Below are positions 36,507-45,663 of a DNA stretch of 64,000 nt, piece by piece. The stretch lies in the IMG/VR virus record IMGVR_UViG_3300025138_000017. The stretch is one strand, 5' to 3'. This DNA comes from an uncultured virus (IMG/VR IMGVR_UViG_3300025138_000017). Taxonomy: Duplodnaviria > Heunggongvirae > Uroviricota > Caudoviricetes. Positions within the stretch are counted from its first letter, which is position 1. Each line of letters opens with the position of its first letter. The position numbers and the translations under genes are program-made. The notes under the pieces were generated by a model, which saw nothing but the letters and a program-made list of their open reading frames with translations, did not search any database and was not told where the DNA came from.

Positions 36507-36746
36507 TTAATTCTTTTGTTGTAGGGCTTGCAACTGTAGTTTGTTTTGTGCTTGCATCAGCTGAAGTGCTAGTTCCTTATTGCCTATATGTTGTTGCACC
36601 TTAGCTAGATTTGCTCCGTTCAGTTTTGCACAGATTTCTTCAAATGACATAAAGGAGTCTTGTATAGGAGAACTAGCTAGTTCCGCTACTGCTTGTCGAT
36701 CTTCTTTATTACCGATTTGGAATGGTTTCATGTTAAATTTTTTCAT
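36507..36746 (-). CDS. Small hypothetical (probable early) protein
   Basis: Start reassigned to MKKFNM after the AAGGAG SD. Confidence 0.65.
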   Translation of the reverse strand: MKKFNMKPFQIGNKEDRQAVAELASSPIQDSFMSFEEICAKLNGANLAKVQQHIGNKELALQLMQAQNKLQLQALQQKN

Positions 36747-36782
36747 AATTTTTCTCCTTACTTTATTACTTAATATACATCT

Positions 36783-36811
36783 ATTATACAATACTGTTGA
36801 TTTAAAGTCAA
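36783..36811 (-). promoter_or_regulatory. sigma70-type early promoter with palindromic operator
   Basis: TTGACT-17 nt-TATAAT, with GTTGA-N7-TCAAC over the -35. Confidence 0.8.
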
Positions 36812-36814
36812 CAA

Positions 36815-37105
36815 TTATTTTCCAGTATAACCAAAATGTTCCATTGCACCTCTTGGATGTATGTCTTCAGCCAACTGTAGATACTCTTCAACATTAACAC
36901 CCTTCTTAACTAGGAAGTTAATCCAAGTTTTGTATGGCTTATATCCATATTTGAATCTGGCAATAAATGCTGGTCGAGGTAAACCCCTCCATGATGGGTG
37001 ACAGTCTGGATTTGCAACCTCCATGTTTTCTGAATTTGTGTGACGGCCTCTGTACATTAAATACATTCCATCCCAAGTAAAGTCTTCTTTATTAAATTTA
37101 GTCAT
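36815..37105 (-). CDS. Hypothetical (probable early) protein
   Basis: Start reassigned to MTKFNKEDF after the AAGGAG SD. Confidence 0.7.
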   Translation of the reverse strand: MTKFNKEDFTWDGMYLMYRGRHTNSENMEVANPDCHPSWRGLPRPAFIARFKYGYKPYKTWINFLVKKGVNVEEYLQLAEDIHPRGAMEHFGYTGK

Positions 37106-37129
37106 TTTATTTCTCCTTAACATACAGCT

Positions 37130-37158
37130 ATTATACCAAATAGTTGATTTGAAGTCAA
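37130..37158 (-). promoter_or_regulatory. sigma70-type early promoter with palindromic operator
   Basis: TTGACT-17 nt-TATAAT, with GTTGA-N7-TCAAC over the -35. Confidence 0.8.
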
Positions 37159-37181
37159 CGGTTATATGAAATATTTTGGAC

Positions 37182-37210
37182 AAAAAAAAGAGCCCACAAG
37201 GGGCTCTTTT
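37182..37210 (-). terminator. Rho-independent terminator after gp23
   Basis: GAGCCC-5 nt loop-GGGCTC followed by T8 on the minus strand. Confidence 0.9.
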
Positions 37211-37228
37211 AAAACTAGTAATCAGAGA

Positions 37229-38554
37229 TTACATAATGTTTTTAACTAATACTCTTCTGTAGTATTTGTTAGCATTGTCATCCAATGCACCAGAAGCTGC
37301 TAGTGCAGTAGTTCCTCTTGCAAAAGGATTCTCAACTACGCCGTAACGAGTTTTGAAACCAATTTTAGGTTGGAACGTATCTTCACCAACTGCTCTAACC
37401 ATTTGTAATGGTACGTATGGGCAGTAGAATAATCCAGCGTCAAATGCGCTAGAACCTTTATAACCAACAGTCATGTAGTGGATACCACTTGAAGGTGCGA
37501 AATAAGGGTCAATGAAAACTCTGATTCTTCCGTTAAGAACACCAGCAAAAGTAGAGCCAGTATCATCAACTTGTAGATTGTTAGAGTTTAAAGCAGGAGT
37601 ATAATCTAATACACCAGCCATTTGAAGAGCTGAAGCGACGTCGGATGAACATAACATGATGTTACCTTTTCCTCTTCTTGTTCCTCTTGCGATCTCATTA
37701 GCTTCTCTTTCGATTTGGAACATAAGACCTTTGAATTTCTCAACCATCCATCTTCCGTTGGAATCGATATCTAAATCGAATGTTCCAGCAGCGGATGTAT
37801 TTTGTTGAGCACCAGTAACAGCAACTAGGTTAACTGTTCTGACAATCTCTCTGTTGATCTCTGCTAAGATTTCAGTTGAAAGAATGTTTGCTAATTCAGT
37901 CTCAGCGTCAAGACCATGAATTGCTTTAAGGTCTTGTGCTAATTCCATAGAGTACTCAGCTTTTAGAGCTCTTGATTTTGCTTCAACACTGATCTTCTCA
38001 ATTGAGAAAGCCATTTCAGCAAATGCTACGTTAGACGCAGATCCTAAACCTTCAGCCTGAGATGTTTCCATACCAGCTGCAAAGTTATAAGATGTACTGT
38101 TACCAGATGGTTGAGTACCGTCTTGTGCATTTCCTAATGTGTTGTTTCCAGAACCAGCAACCACTGATGAATGTTCAGTGTCAGCTTCGTTATAAAAAGC
38201 CTCGGTTCCAGATTGGTTTGTATATCTGCTTCTCATAGCAAATATTAAACCTGTAGGTCCAGTCATTGGCTGAACGCCTACTAAGTCATACGCGACCAAG
38301 TTAGGCATAGCTCTTCTCACTAGAGATATCAGTACGGGGTCGTAGTTATCTATACCACCACCAGTTGCGTTTGTAGGGGCCACCTCAAGCAAAGAAGCAG
38401 GTCCAAAGCCTTGCTCTTCTTTTAATGCTCGTTCGGTATTCTCTAAACAAACAGCAGTTACTGATTTCTTGTGACTATCTGCTATGTCAGGAAGGTCGGC
38501 ATGCTCAATAATTGGCTGCCATTTTGACTGTAGTTCTTCATATTGATATTGCAT
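37229..38554 (-). CDS. gp23: Major capsid protein
   Basis: DPVLISLVRR, GVQPMTGPTGLIFAMR, KSRALKAEYS, FYCPYVPL, FKTRYG. Confidence 0.98.
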   Translation of the reverse strand: MQYQYEELQSKWQPIIEHADLPDIADSHKKSVTAVCLENTERALKEEQGFGPASLLEVAPTNATGGGIDNYDPVLISLVRRAMPNLVAYDLVGVQPMTGPTGLIFAMRSRYTNQSGTEAFYNEADTEHSSVVAGSGNNTLGNAQDGTQPSGNSTSYNFAAGMETSQAEGLGSASNVAFAEMAFSIEKISVEAKSRALKAEYSMELAQDLKAIHGLDAETELANILSTEILAEINREIVRTVNLVAVTGAQQNTSAAGTFDLDIDSNGRWMVEKFKGLMFQIEREANEIARGTRRGKGNIMLCSSDVASALQMAGVLDYTPALNSNNLQVDDTGSTFAGVLNGRIRVFIDPYFAPSSGIHYMTVGYKGSSAFDAGLFYCPYVPLQMVRAVGEDTFQPKIGFKTRYGVVENPFARGTTALAASGALDDNANKYYRRVLVKNIM

Positions 38555-38577
38555 AATTGCTCCTTTAAATATCTATA

Positions 38578-39642
38578 TTATTTACGTACAGTTCGCGAAA
38601 TTGCGTCTGCATAATTAGCTATTGGACCTGTCATCATTGGAGAAGTTTCTTCCTCTAAATCAATTGGGTCACTATCTTCAACATTAGATGCTGAAGCAAC
38701 AGCTTGTTTGTTGTTGAAATATGATTCTTTCAAAGTGTTTAACTTCTTCTCAAAATCTTCAACGTTATCATAATCTAAACCTTCCGATAGAGCACGGAGT
38801 TTTTCAATTTGTGTTCCAGCTAAACCATCTGTGGCCTCACTGAAAATGTTTGTTACCTGAGCGTCGATTAATTCGTTGCTCATAGAAATCTTGCTAGATG
38901 TTTCTTCTTCTAACTTTCCTTGAAGTTCTTCTATTTGAGTTTGAAGGTCTGTTAAGATGTCTGAATCTGCTTCTTCGGGGATTACAACATTGTGTGCTTC
39001 CATTAATCCTCGTAAGCCTGTCATGAATGATTCTGCAACTTCTACCTTAAGAGATGATTCGATAGCAACTTTGTTATCTTCCATCCATTGCTCACTTAAG
39101 TAGTTGATGTATTCATCTACTTTAGATGTCATATCTTCTGCAAGTGCTTCTTTAGCTTCTGCAAGCTGTGTGTCAAATGCTTCTGAATATGTAGCGTCGA
39201 TGTCAGATACTCTAGCGCTAACAGCAGCTTCAAAAACTGTCTCTGCTTTTTCTCTTAAGTCTTCAGAGAGGTCATCTCCAAAGATTGCGTCGATATCTTC
39301 TTTATTCATTGATCCGCCTTGTCCAGGTGTTGCAACTTTAGGCGCATCTTTAGCAGTAGCAGAAGCACTCTTGTCAGCTTTTCGAGCTGGAGCTTTCGTA
39401 CCACTTTTAGATCCGATTAGGTCTTCACCTTTGGACTCAGATCCTGATTTTTCGTCTGAACCGCCTGGGTTAGGTGCTGTGAAAGATGCAGTCTTATCTG
39501 CCGATCTTTTATTGCTTCCTTTAACCACAGGATCAGCTATAGATGAATCCTCACCGCTGGCCTTAAACTCGTCAAGTTCTACTTGCTCTTCGGCCACAGC
39601 TTCGATTTCCTCGTTGGTGAACTTTTCTAGTTCTTTAGCCAT
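38578..39642 (-). CDS. gp22: Prohead core scaffolding protein
   Basis: Acidic coiled coil, TVFEAAV, WMEDNKVAIE, LKESYF; synteny. Confidence 0.92.
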   Translation of the reverse strand: MAKELEKFTNEEIEAVAEEQVELDEFKASGEDSSIADPVVKGSNKRSADKTASFTAPNPGGSDEKSGSESKGEDLIGSKSGTKAPARKADKSASATAKDAPKVATPGQGGSMNKEDIDAIFGDDLSEDLREKAETVFEAAVSARVSDIDATYSEAFDTQLAEAKEALAEDMTSKVDEYINYLSEQWMEDNKVAIESSLKVEVAESFMTGLRGLMEAHNVVIPEEADSDILTDLQTQIEELQGKLEEETSSKISMSNELIDAQVTNIFSEATDGLAGTQIEKLRALSEGLDYDNVEDFEKKLNTLKESYFNNKQAVASASNVEDSDPIDLEEETSPMMTGPIANYADAISRTVRK

Positions 39643-39684
39643 TTTTTTCTCCTCGTAGTTTGAGTCTTATATACTTGTGTATAT

Positions 39685-39692
39685 TATTTATA
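39685..39692 (-). promoter_or_regulatory. Late promoter TATAAATA
   Basis: Exact consensus upstream of gp22. Confidence 0.8.
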
Positions 39693-39702
39693 AATTATAA
39701 GT

Positions 39703-40362
39703 TTACAGGGTTCTTAGAAACTTCTCAAATAACTTAATTGAATTTTCATTCAACTCTTTTACTGATCTAGCTCCCGTCTTAACTATTTCTTCTATCACAG
39801 CCTGTGATTGCCAAGAATTAGTAGCAGCGTCGTAAACCCACTCTACACCCTCCATAACACCATTCACAAATGCGTTAGGTGCGGACGGGTCAGCTACAAT
39901 ATCGCCTGCAGTAGCAAGTTGAAAATCACCCTGCACTTCGTTAATACCATCACTGTTCTGTCTTAGAGACCCCATGCCTCGAGAGGAGACACCTAAATTA
40001 GCGCCTTCGTCGATTAAAGATTTTACAATCTTTCCGTATGGAGTATCCATGATCTTTGCTTTTCCAACATAATTGTTGCCTTCTTTCTTGAGGCTTTTCA
40101 TCATATGAGATACTCTTTCTAAATTAATAGTTGGACCCTCTGGGTGTCCTAGTTCTCCATATGCTCTATTTTGTTGAATAAATTGTTCGTTATATCTTTG
40201 GACTTCTTTGTCCAAAGTCTCTACAGGATACATTCTTCCGTTCCTGTTCTTGATGCCACCTTGCATAAAGATGCCTTCAATAAAATGATTCTTACCGCCG
40301 CCTTCTTTTGCTTCAGTAATTGCTGATACATGTTCAAAGTTAGTTTCTGCTATTAGCTTCAT
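39703..40362 (-). CDS. gp21: Prohead protease
   Basis: IEGIFMQ, NRNGRMYP, GELGHP, GVSSRGMGS, DIVADPSAP. Confidence 0.97.
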   Translation of the reverse strand: MKLIAETNFEHVSAITEAKEGGGKNHFIEGIFMQGGIKNRNGRMYPVETLDKEVQRYNEQFIQQNRAYGELGHPEGPTINLERVSHMMKSLKKEGNNYVGKAKIMDTPYGKIVKSLIDEGANLGVSSRGMGSLRQNSDGINEVQGDFQLATAGDIVADPSAPNAFVNGVMEGVEWVYDAATNSWQSQAVIEEIVKTGARSVKELNENSIKLFEKFLRTL

Positions 40363-40363
40363 G

Positions 40364-40657
40364 TTATCCCTCTACTGATACGCCAGCTGCTAATAATGTT
40401 GCAGCTGATCCAAAGACTTCGTCTGTTGGGTCTTTTCTTAATATTACTGATTGACCAGCACCTACAGAAATCATTCCTTTAACTACAGCATCACCTACTG
40501 TAGAAGCATTGTTGGATGCTGTCTGTATTGTTACGTCACCCTTGGCGGTGTGATTGTTGTATACTCTAACTGCAGTAGCTAAACTAATGTTGCCTGCGTG
40601 AGTATTGTTTGCTACTAATGCAGCTTGTGAACTTTTTAGTTTTAATACCTCAGCCAC
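40364..40657 (-). CDS. Hypothetical virion-associated protein
   Basis: 97 aa, GTG start, inside the head gene cluster. Confidence 0.6.
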   Translation of the reverse strand: MAEVLKLKSSQAALVANNTHAGNISLATAVRVYNNHTAKGDVTIQTASNNASTVGDAVVKGMISVGAGQSVILRKDPTDEVFGSAATLLAAGVSVEG

Positions 40658-41082
40658 TATTCGTCCCCTTCCAACTCAGCCATTGTGTTCAATGCAAACT
40701 CGACTGCAGTCTCTGGACTCTCGTCTAGTAGCTTATCAAACTTTTCTAAATTAACTTCGTTTAGATTATCTCTAACAAAGTCAACTGCTTGTTCTGCTGA
40801 CTCATATGCAATTGCATCTTCGCCTGGTTTGTAATGACCAGCTCCGGCAACATCATGAGTAGTATCTTTTGGAACAGATCCACTAAACACTGCTTCTTGT
40901 TCTTTTTCATTTTTAAAAGCAGGGTGTAGATTTTTCTGAACGTTGTCCATATGTTTGTCTACAAATCTTTTTTCGGCAGGTGATTTAGGGTTGGCATAAT
41001 TAGAAACAGTTCCAGCTTGTTCTTCTGGATCTGGCACTAAGTCAATTTTCTTTAACTCGACTATCTGTCTAAGTGATTTCAT
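40657..41082 (-). CDS. Probable prohead core protein
   Basis: 141 aa between portal and protease genes. Confidence 0.55.
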   Translation of the reverse strand: MKSLRQIVELKKIDLVPDPEEQAGTVSNYANPKSPAEKRFVDKHMDNVQKNLHPAFKNEKEQEAVFSGSVPKDTTHDVAGAGHYKPGEDAIAYESAEQAVDFVRDNLNEVNLEKFDKLLDESPETAVEFALNTMAELEGDE

Positions 41083-41399
41083 TATTCTTCCTCTTGCTCT
41101 TCTGATTCCTCAGGTTCTTCTATTTCATTCTGCACGTGTGCAGAATCGCCTTCACCTTCATCTTCATCAGCTTCCATCTCTACTGGATCCAGTTCTAGTT
41201 CTTGTTGAACTTCAACTGGGTCAGCATCCTGCTCTGGCATTTCTTGTCCAAAGAACTCATTAGAAATTTCATTCTTGATTCCTTGTACTTGATCAACAAC
41301 CTTGTCAAGCATAATGTCGTTCATTACTTCACCTGCTTTGTTAGGTTTATCATCCATTGCCAAATCAACTATGTCTCTTGCTGTTCCATTATCTGCCAT
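41082..41399 (-). CDS. Acidic prohead core protein (gp67-like position)
   Basis: Very acidic 105-aa protein directly after gp20, with a late promoter at 41415-41422. Confidence 0.6.
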   Translation of the reverse strand: MADNGTARDIVDLAMDDKPNKAGEVMNDIMLDKVVDQVQGIKNEISNEFFGQEMPEQDADPVEVQQELELDPVEMEADEDEGEGDSAHVQNEIEEPEESEEQEEE

Positions 41400-41432
41400 T
41401 ATATTCTCCTGTATTATTTATATAAATTATAC

Positions 41433-43016
41433 TCACGCAGATGGTGCTTCTGGGAATCCATTCCCTTGTTCTGGCGCTTCTTCGCCATTTTCTGGCTGTT
41501 GAGCAGGCATATTATCCATATTTTCCTGTTCCGCTTCAGCGTCAGCCGTCATCTCTGCATGCATATCTTCAATCTCTTCTTCTGTCTGTCTAAGCACATG
41601 AGTCTTAACCCACTTGCTACTAAAGTATTTACCAAGGTAAGGATCCACGTCATTGACTGCTCCTAACTTCTCTCTAAAGATTTCTAGCTCTTTAAGTTCT
41701 GAGAAGTGACTGTCGGTTACATAATCGAACCTCATCTCTCTACGAACCATTGGCCAATCATCAGGAGTGATAACACCTTTAAGAATTAATTGTTTTTCTA
41801 AAGCATGTTCAAATATTCTAGAAAACTTTAATCTAATTCTTCCTATAAACTTTTGAAACTTAATTTCGTCTCTTGATATTTCTGAAGCTCTACCTATTGC
41901 AAAACCTGACTCAGCTTCTAATCTTGATACTGGTACATTCAATGCTCTGTATAACTTCTTCTGGAAGTATAGGACATCGTCCATCTCTCCCAAGTTCTGT
42001 CCAGCTGGAAGAGTAGTAATCTCAGTACCCTTCCCGCCTTCTCTTCTCGGTAACCAATAATCTTCTAACATTGTCATGAACTTTCTATCGTCTCTTAGTT
42101 CACCTGTTGAAGCATCATACACAAGTCTGTTCTTATGCTTGGCCATCATGTCTCTTAGATATTGTTCAGCCTTTACCTTAGGTAAATTACCAACGTCAAT
42201 ATAAAATATTCTTCTCTCTGGTGCTCTGGATATTCTATAGATGACTGTTGCATCTTCCAGAACTCGTAATTGATTTAAAGGTTTGATTGCTTTATGTAAG
42301 TGAGATAATACCATTTTATTATCTTCACTCATTAGACCAGACGTACAATGTAATATACTATCCTTAGCGATCTTGATGCCTTGTGTAGTACCTTGAGCGG
42401 GATTGAGCGTCCCTGGTCCTGACTTAAAGCCTTTATCATTATACAGGTAATATTCCTGACTCGTTTGTGTAAGAGTCACTTCATTAGGACCTGAACCTTT
42501 TCTTTTCTTTTTGACTGCTCTGACCTTTCGAATCTTTCTAGGGTCAATGTATCTGAGTTCTTGGATTCCCGCCTTGACGTTTGCTTCGTCTATGATGGCA
42601 TGGTAGTATAATCTTCCGTCGATATACCAATGTCTGAACGTCTCATAACTTTGTCTTTCAAAGTCTAGCAAATCTTTAACTAAATGGAATTCTTCTTGAA
42701 TTCTTTTCTTAATATTATCTGCAACATCAACTTTGTCTAAGTCTAGTTCTACTGTGTGTGATTCGGGATCGTAAACAATTGCCTCATTTACTACATCATC
42801 AATAGCATTCTCGCACTCAGGCTGCATGGACATTTGCCTGTAACGTGTGACGAGCTCGCCTTCTGTCTTTGATGATTGTTCAAGATCAACGTATTGTCCA
42901 TAGACGCCACCTTCGGCGACTACGACTGCACCGTCATCTTCTTGTTTAGGGACGAAAGAACCCAGATCTTGGTCTGTGGTTTTTCTTTTGATTTCGAAAC
43001 CGAATAATTCTGCCAT
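41433..43016 (-). CDS. gp20: Portal protein
   Basis: WYIDGR, YIDPRKI, IYRISRAPERRIFYIDVGN, EDYWLPRREGG. Confidence 0.98.
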   Translation of the reverse strand: MAELFGFEIKRKTTDQDLGSFVPKQEDDGAVVVAEGGVYGQYVDLEQSSKTEGELVTRYRQMSMQPECENAIDDVVNEAIVYDPESHTVELDLDKVDVADNIKKRIQEEFHLVKDLLDFERQSYETFRHWYIDGRLYYHAIIDEANVKAGIQELRYIDPRKIRKVRAVKKKRKGSGPNEVTLTQTSQEYYLYNDKGFKSGPGTLNPAQGTTQGIKIAKDSILHCTSGLMSEDNKMVLSHLHKAIKPLNQLRVLEDATVIYRISRAPERRIFYIDVGNLPKVKAEQYLRDMMAKHKNRLVYDASTGELRDDRKFMTMLEDYWLPRREGGKGTEITTLPAGQNLGEMDDVLYFQKKLYRALNVPVSRLEAESGFAIGRASEISRDEIKFQKFIGRIRLKFSRIFEHALEKQLILKGVITPDDWPMVRREMRFDYVTDSHFSELKELEIFREKLGAVNDVDPYLGKYFSSKWVKTHVLRQTEEEIEDMHAEMTADAEAEQENMDNMPAQQPENGEEAPEQGNGFPEAPSA

Positions 43017-43070
43017 GCTTACCTCATACTATATCTATAGTGAATAGCGAACTATACACTATAAAAGAAG

Positions 43071-43096
43071 TAAAGGCAACAGTTAAGTTGCCTTTA
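43071..43096 (-). terminator. Terminator-like hairpin after gp19
   Basis: TAAAGGCAAC-6 nt-GTTGCCTTTA, followed by CTTCTTTT on the minus strand. Confidence 0.7.
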
Positions 43097-43099
43097 TCC

Positions 43100-43651
43100 T
43101 TAATTTCCGCCTGCGTTGCCTGTAGAACCACCAGTCACTTCCCACCAATCGTATTGGAAAGTCACCTGGAATTCTTGAATGACATCTGTAGCATTCCAAT
43201 CAACTTCCATCTCAGTTATGTTAACTGGGAATATACCATTAAAAGAATACTCTCTTATTGGAACACCGGTCTTACTAAATTGTGTGACCTGTGCTGTTTG
43301 CTTGTATGCTAAGTCTGCAGCTGATCCAAAGCCTCTTACGTTGCCTAGATGAGAGTTGATTTGATTCATCCACTCTTCCATTGCATTTCTAATTAAGAAG
43401 TCTTCGTCGTTTATTACTGTTACGTTCCACTCAGCGAATGTTCTATCACCAGCAATCTTTACCTTTCTTCCGAAGTATGGTACTTCAATGAAACCTAAAG
43501 TTGAAGCTGGGACCTGAGAAGCTCTAATTAAAAATGGAGCTTTGAGGTCGCCTGCTGCGTTTGCCGGGTTAGTGATATTAACTTGGAACAGGGTAGGTCT
43601 AGCACCACCAAGTGATAACTGGGACCTTATTTCGTTAATGTTAAAAGCCAT
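43100..43651 (-). CDS. gp19: Tail tube protein
   Basis: GARPTLF, GRKVKIAGDRTF, EFQVTFQYDWW. Confidence 0.95.
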   Translation of the reverse strand: MAFNINEIRSQLSLGGARPTLFQVNITNPANAAGDLKAPFLIRASQVPASTLGFIEVPYFGRKVKIAGDRTFAEWNVTVINDEDFLIRNAMEEWMNQINSHLGNVRGFGSAADLAYKQTAQVTQFSKTGVPIREYSFNGIFPVNITEMEVDWNATDVIQEFQVTFQYDWWEVTGGSTGNAGGN

Positions 43652-43673
43652 TGTTTTCTCCTATTCCTATTTA

Positions 43674-45602
43674 TTAAAATTGACCAACAATTTCTGAGAA
43701 TTCAACACCACTTCTTACCGCTACAAAGTTTAACTGTATGTAGTTAATACTTCTTGAAGGTTTAATGTAGATGTCTCCTACAAATTCGTTTCTATCTATT
43801 ACTTCTCCAGTGTTGTTTGTGTCGTCACATACAACTTTAAAGTCTGTAATACCTTTTCTTCCTTGAATGTCTCTTAAGAATGGCTCAACCAAGTTCTTAA
43901 ATTGACTTCTTGTGAAGCTATCGTTAAATTCAAACAATGTGAATTTAGCTGCTGTCGAAATTGCTTTCTCTAAAACTATGAACAATCTTCTTACATTTAA
44001 TCTATCAAATGCTGATGGCTTACCTAGTAGAGTCTTATCACCAAACAAGATTGTACCTTGTCCTGGGAATGTTACTACTGGGTTAATATCTGATTGATAC
44101 AATAAATCTCTTTCAGCTTGTTTAGGATTGAAGGCTAGTTTAACTACATTCTTTAAACCACCTCTGTTGTATCCTGCTGGTGAGAACCATGCATCTCTTA
44201 GTTCATCTGATCTTACTGCTAGGCCTGCAATGTCACCGTTAAGTGGCACATACCTGTATACATCTTCATACTTATCGTAAGCATATTTGTATCCGCTGTC
44301 TAGCATTGCATATGATGAGTTTGTTAAAGCATTTCTATATGCTTTGATTGCATCAACTTCGCCACCAATGTTATTAACTACATCACCTTTAGCTGGTGAA
44401 GCAAATAGAACACAATCTTTTCTCTTTTCACAGATATTATCTATGATGTATTTTGCAACACCTGAATCTGCTGTTCCACCTAATGCTTTACCCTGAAGGA
44501 TTAAGCTGATGTCTACATCTTCTGCTGAAGCAAATTTGTCATACCCTGCTGATATATCAGCTAATGACATGGATCCTTCTGCTGCAGAATCGACACCTAA
44601 TTTAAGTGAATCGTAATTTGCATTTTGTGTTGCTAATGCAGTACTTGCTGCACCTGTTGTGTTTGCTGCTAAGTTGAAAGCACCTTTTGCCCATACCCAA
44701 GATGACTGTTGATTGATAACATTGATCCAGAAGTTAGTTTCTCCTGATTCTGTTTTCGCATCAGTAGCTCTTGATACACCTTCAAATACTTCTAGTACTT
44801 GTCCTTTAGTTCCAGAGATGTCTCCATCTTCGTCTGTAACTACTACGTGTATTTCATCACCTGAACCGCCTTTGGCTTGTGTGTAAGATGATGTTCCAGG
44901 AGCTGCTCTCACTAAGTCGTAATACTTCCAGTATCTGTCAAAAGACATACCTGTTAAGTTTACTGCACCTGTGTAGTTATCCTTGAATGTGAATGTTGTG
45001 CTGTTTGCTGCTGTAACTTCTAAGTAGTAAAGACCTACTGTTGAGTTACCAAATTTAATTTTGTCTCCTACATTTACAAGACCTTGACCACTTGAAGTCT
45101 CATTCTGAGATGTAGTAGCAATATTATTACCTGCATTAATAGCAAGAGTACCACCATCGGTAGACTCTAAGTAATCATTTGCTGACTTACATGTTGAGAC
45201 TTGTAGACTGTTTCCAAGCGCACCTGGATACTTTGCTACATAGTGATCGTTACTTGTAAGAGACACATTGTCTATCTGATCATCGTTCTTTATTAAAACT
45301 GCTGCTGAACTACCGTTTGAAACCGCGTTCTTGGCTGCAGAGCTAATAACTCTGTTCACATAGAGTTTATTCCCGTATGCTAAAAAGTTAGCTGCGGTAA
45401 AAAAAGTTTCTGGGTTTAAGGACCCAACTGGTTTATGGAATCGAGATACTAGTGTTTCCTCGCTGTCAACTAAGACACGAGAATCCACAGGTCCCCATCT
45501 AAAAACCCCTGCTAAAGCGCCTTCTGTAGAAGAAACTGCTGGTACTACTGTACTCAAATCAATTTCTGATACATTTACGCCTGGACTGACCTGAAATGCC
45601 AT
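43674..45602 (-). CDS. gp18: Tail sheath protein
   Basis: SPGVNVSEID, WFSPAGYNRG, FDRLNVRRLF, FEFND. Confidence 0.97.
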   Translation of the reverse strand: MAFQVSPGVNVSEIDLSTVVPAVSSTEGALAGVFRWGPVDSRVLVDSEETLVSRFHKPVGSLNPETFFTAANFLAYGNKLYVNRVISSAAKNAVSNGSSAAVLIKNDDQIDNVSLTSNDHYVAKYPGALGNSLQVSTCKSANDYLESTDGGTLAINAGNNIATTSQNETSSGQGLVNVGDKIKFGNSTVGLYYLEVTAANSTTFTFKDNYTGAVNLTGMSFDRYWKYYDLVRAAPGTSSYTQAKGGSGDEIHVVVTDEDGDISGTKGQVLEVFEGVSRATDAKTESGETNFWINVINQQSSWVWAKGAFNLAANTTGAASTALATQNANYDSLKLGVDSAAEGSMSLADISAGYDKFASAEDVDISLILQGKALGGTADSGVAKYIIDNICEKRKDCVLFASPAKGDVVNNIGGEVDAIKAYRNALTNSSYAMLDSGYKYAYDKYEDVYRYVPLNGDIAGLAVRSDELRDAWFSPAGYNRGGLKNVVKLAFNPKQAERDLLYQSDINPVVTFPGQGTILFGDKTLLGKPSAFDRLNVRRLFIVLEKAISTAAKFTLFEFNDSFTRSQFKNLVEPFLRDIQGRKGITDFKVVCDDTNNTGEVIDRNEFVGDIYIKPSRSINYIQLNFVAVRSGVEFSEIVGQF

Positions 45603-45645
45603 TTCAATTCTCCTTTTCTTTTCGGTAGATTATAAAGCTCTGTAT

Positions 45646-45653
45646 TATTTATA
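45646..45653 (-). promoter_or_regulatory. Late promoter TATAAATA
   Basis: Exact consensus upstream of gp18. Confidence 0.8.
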
Positions 45654-45663
45654 AAACTCAATA

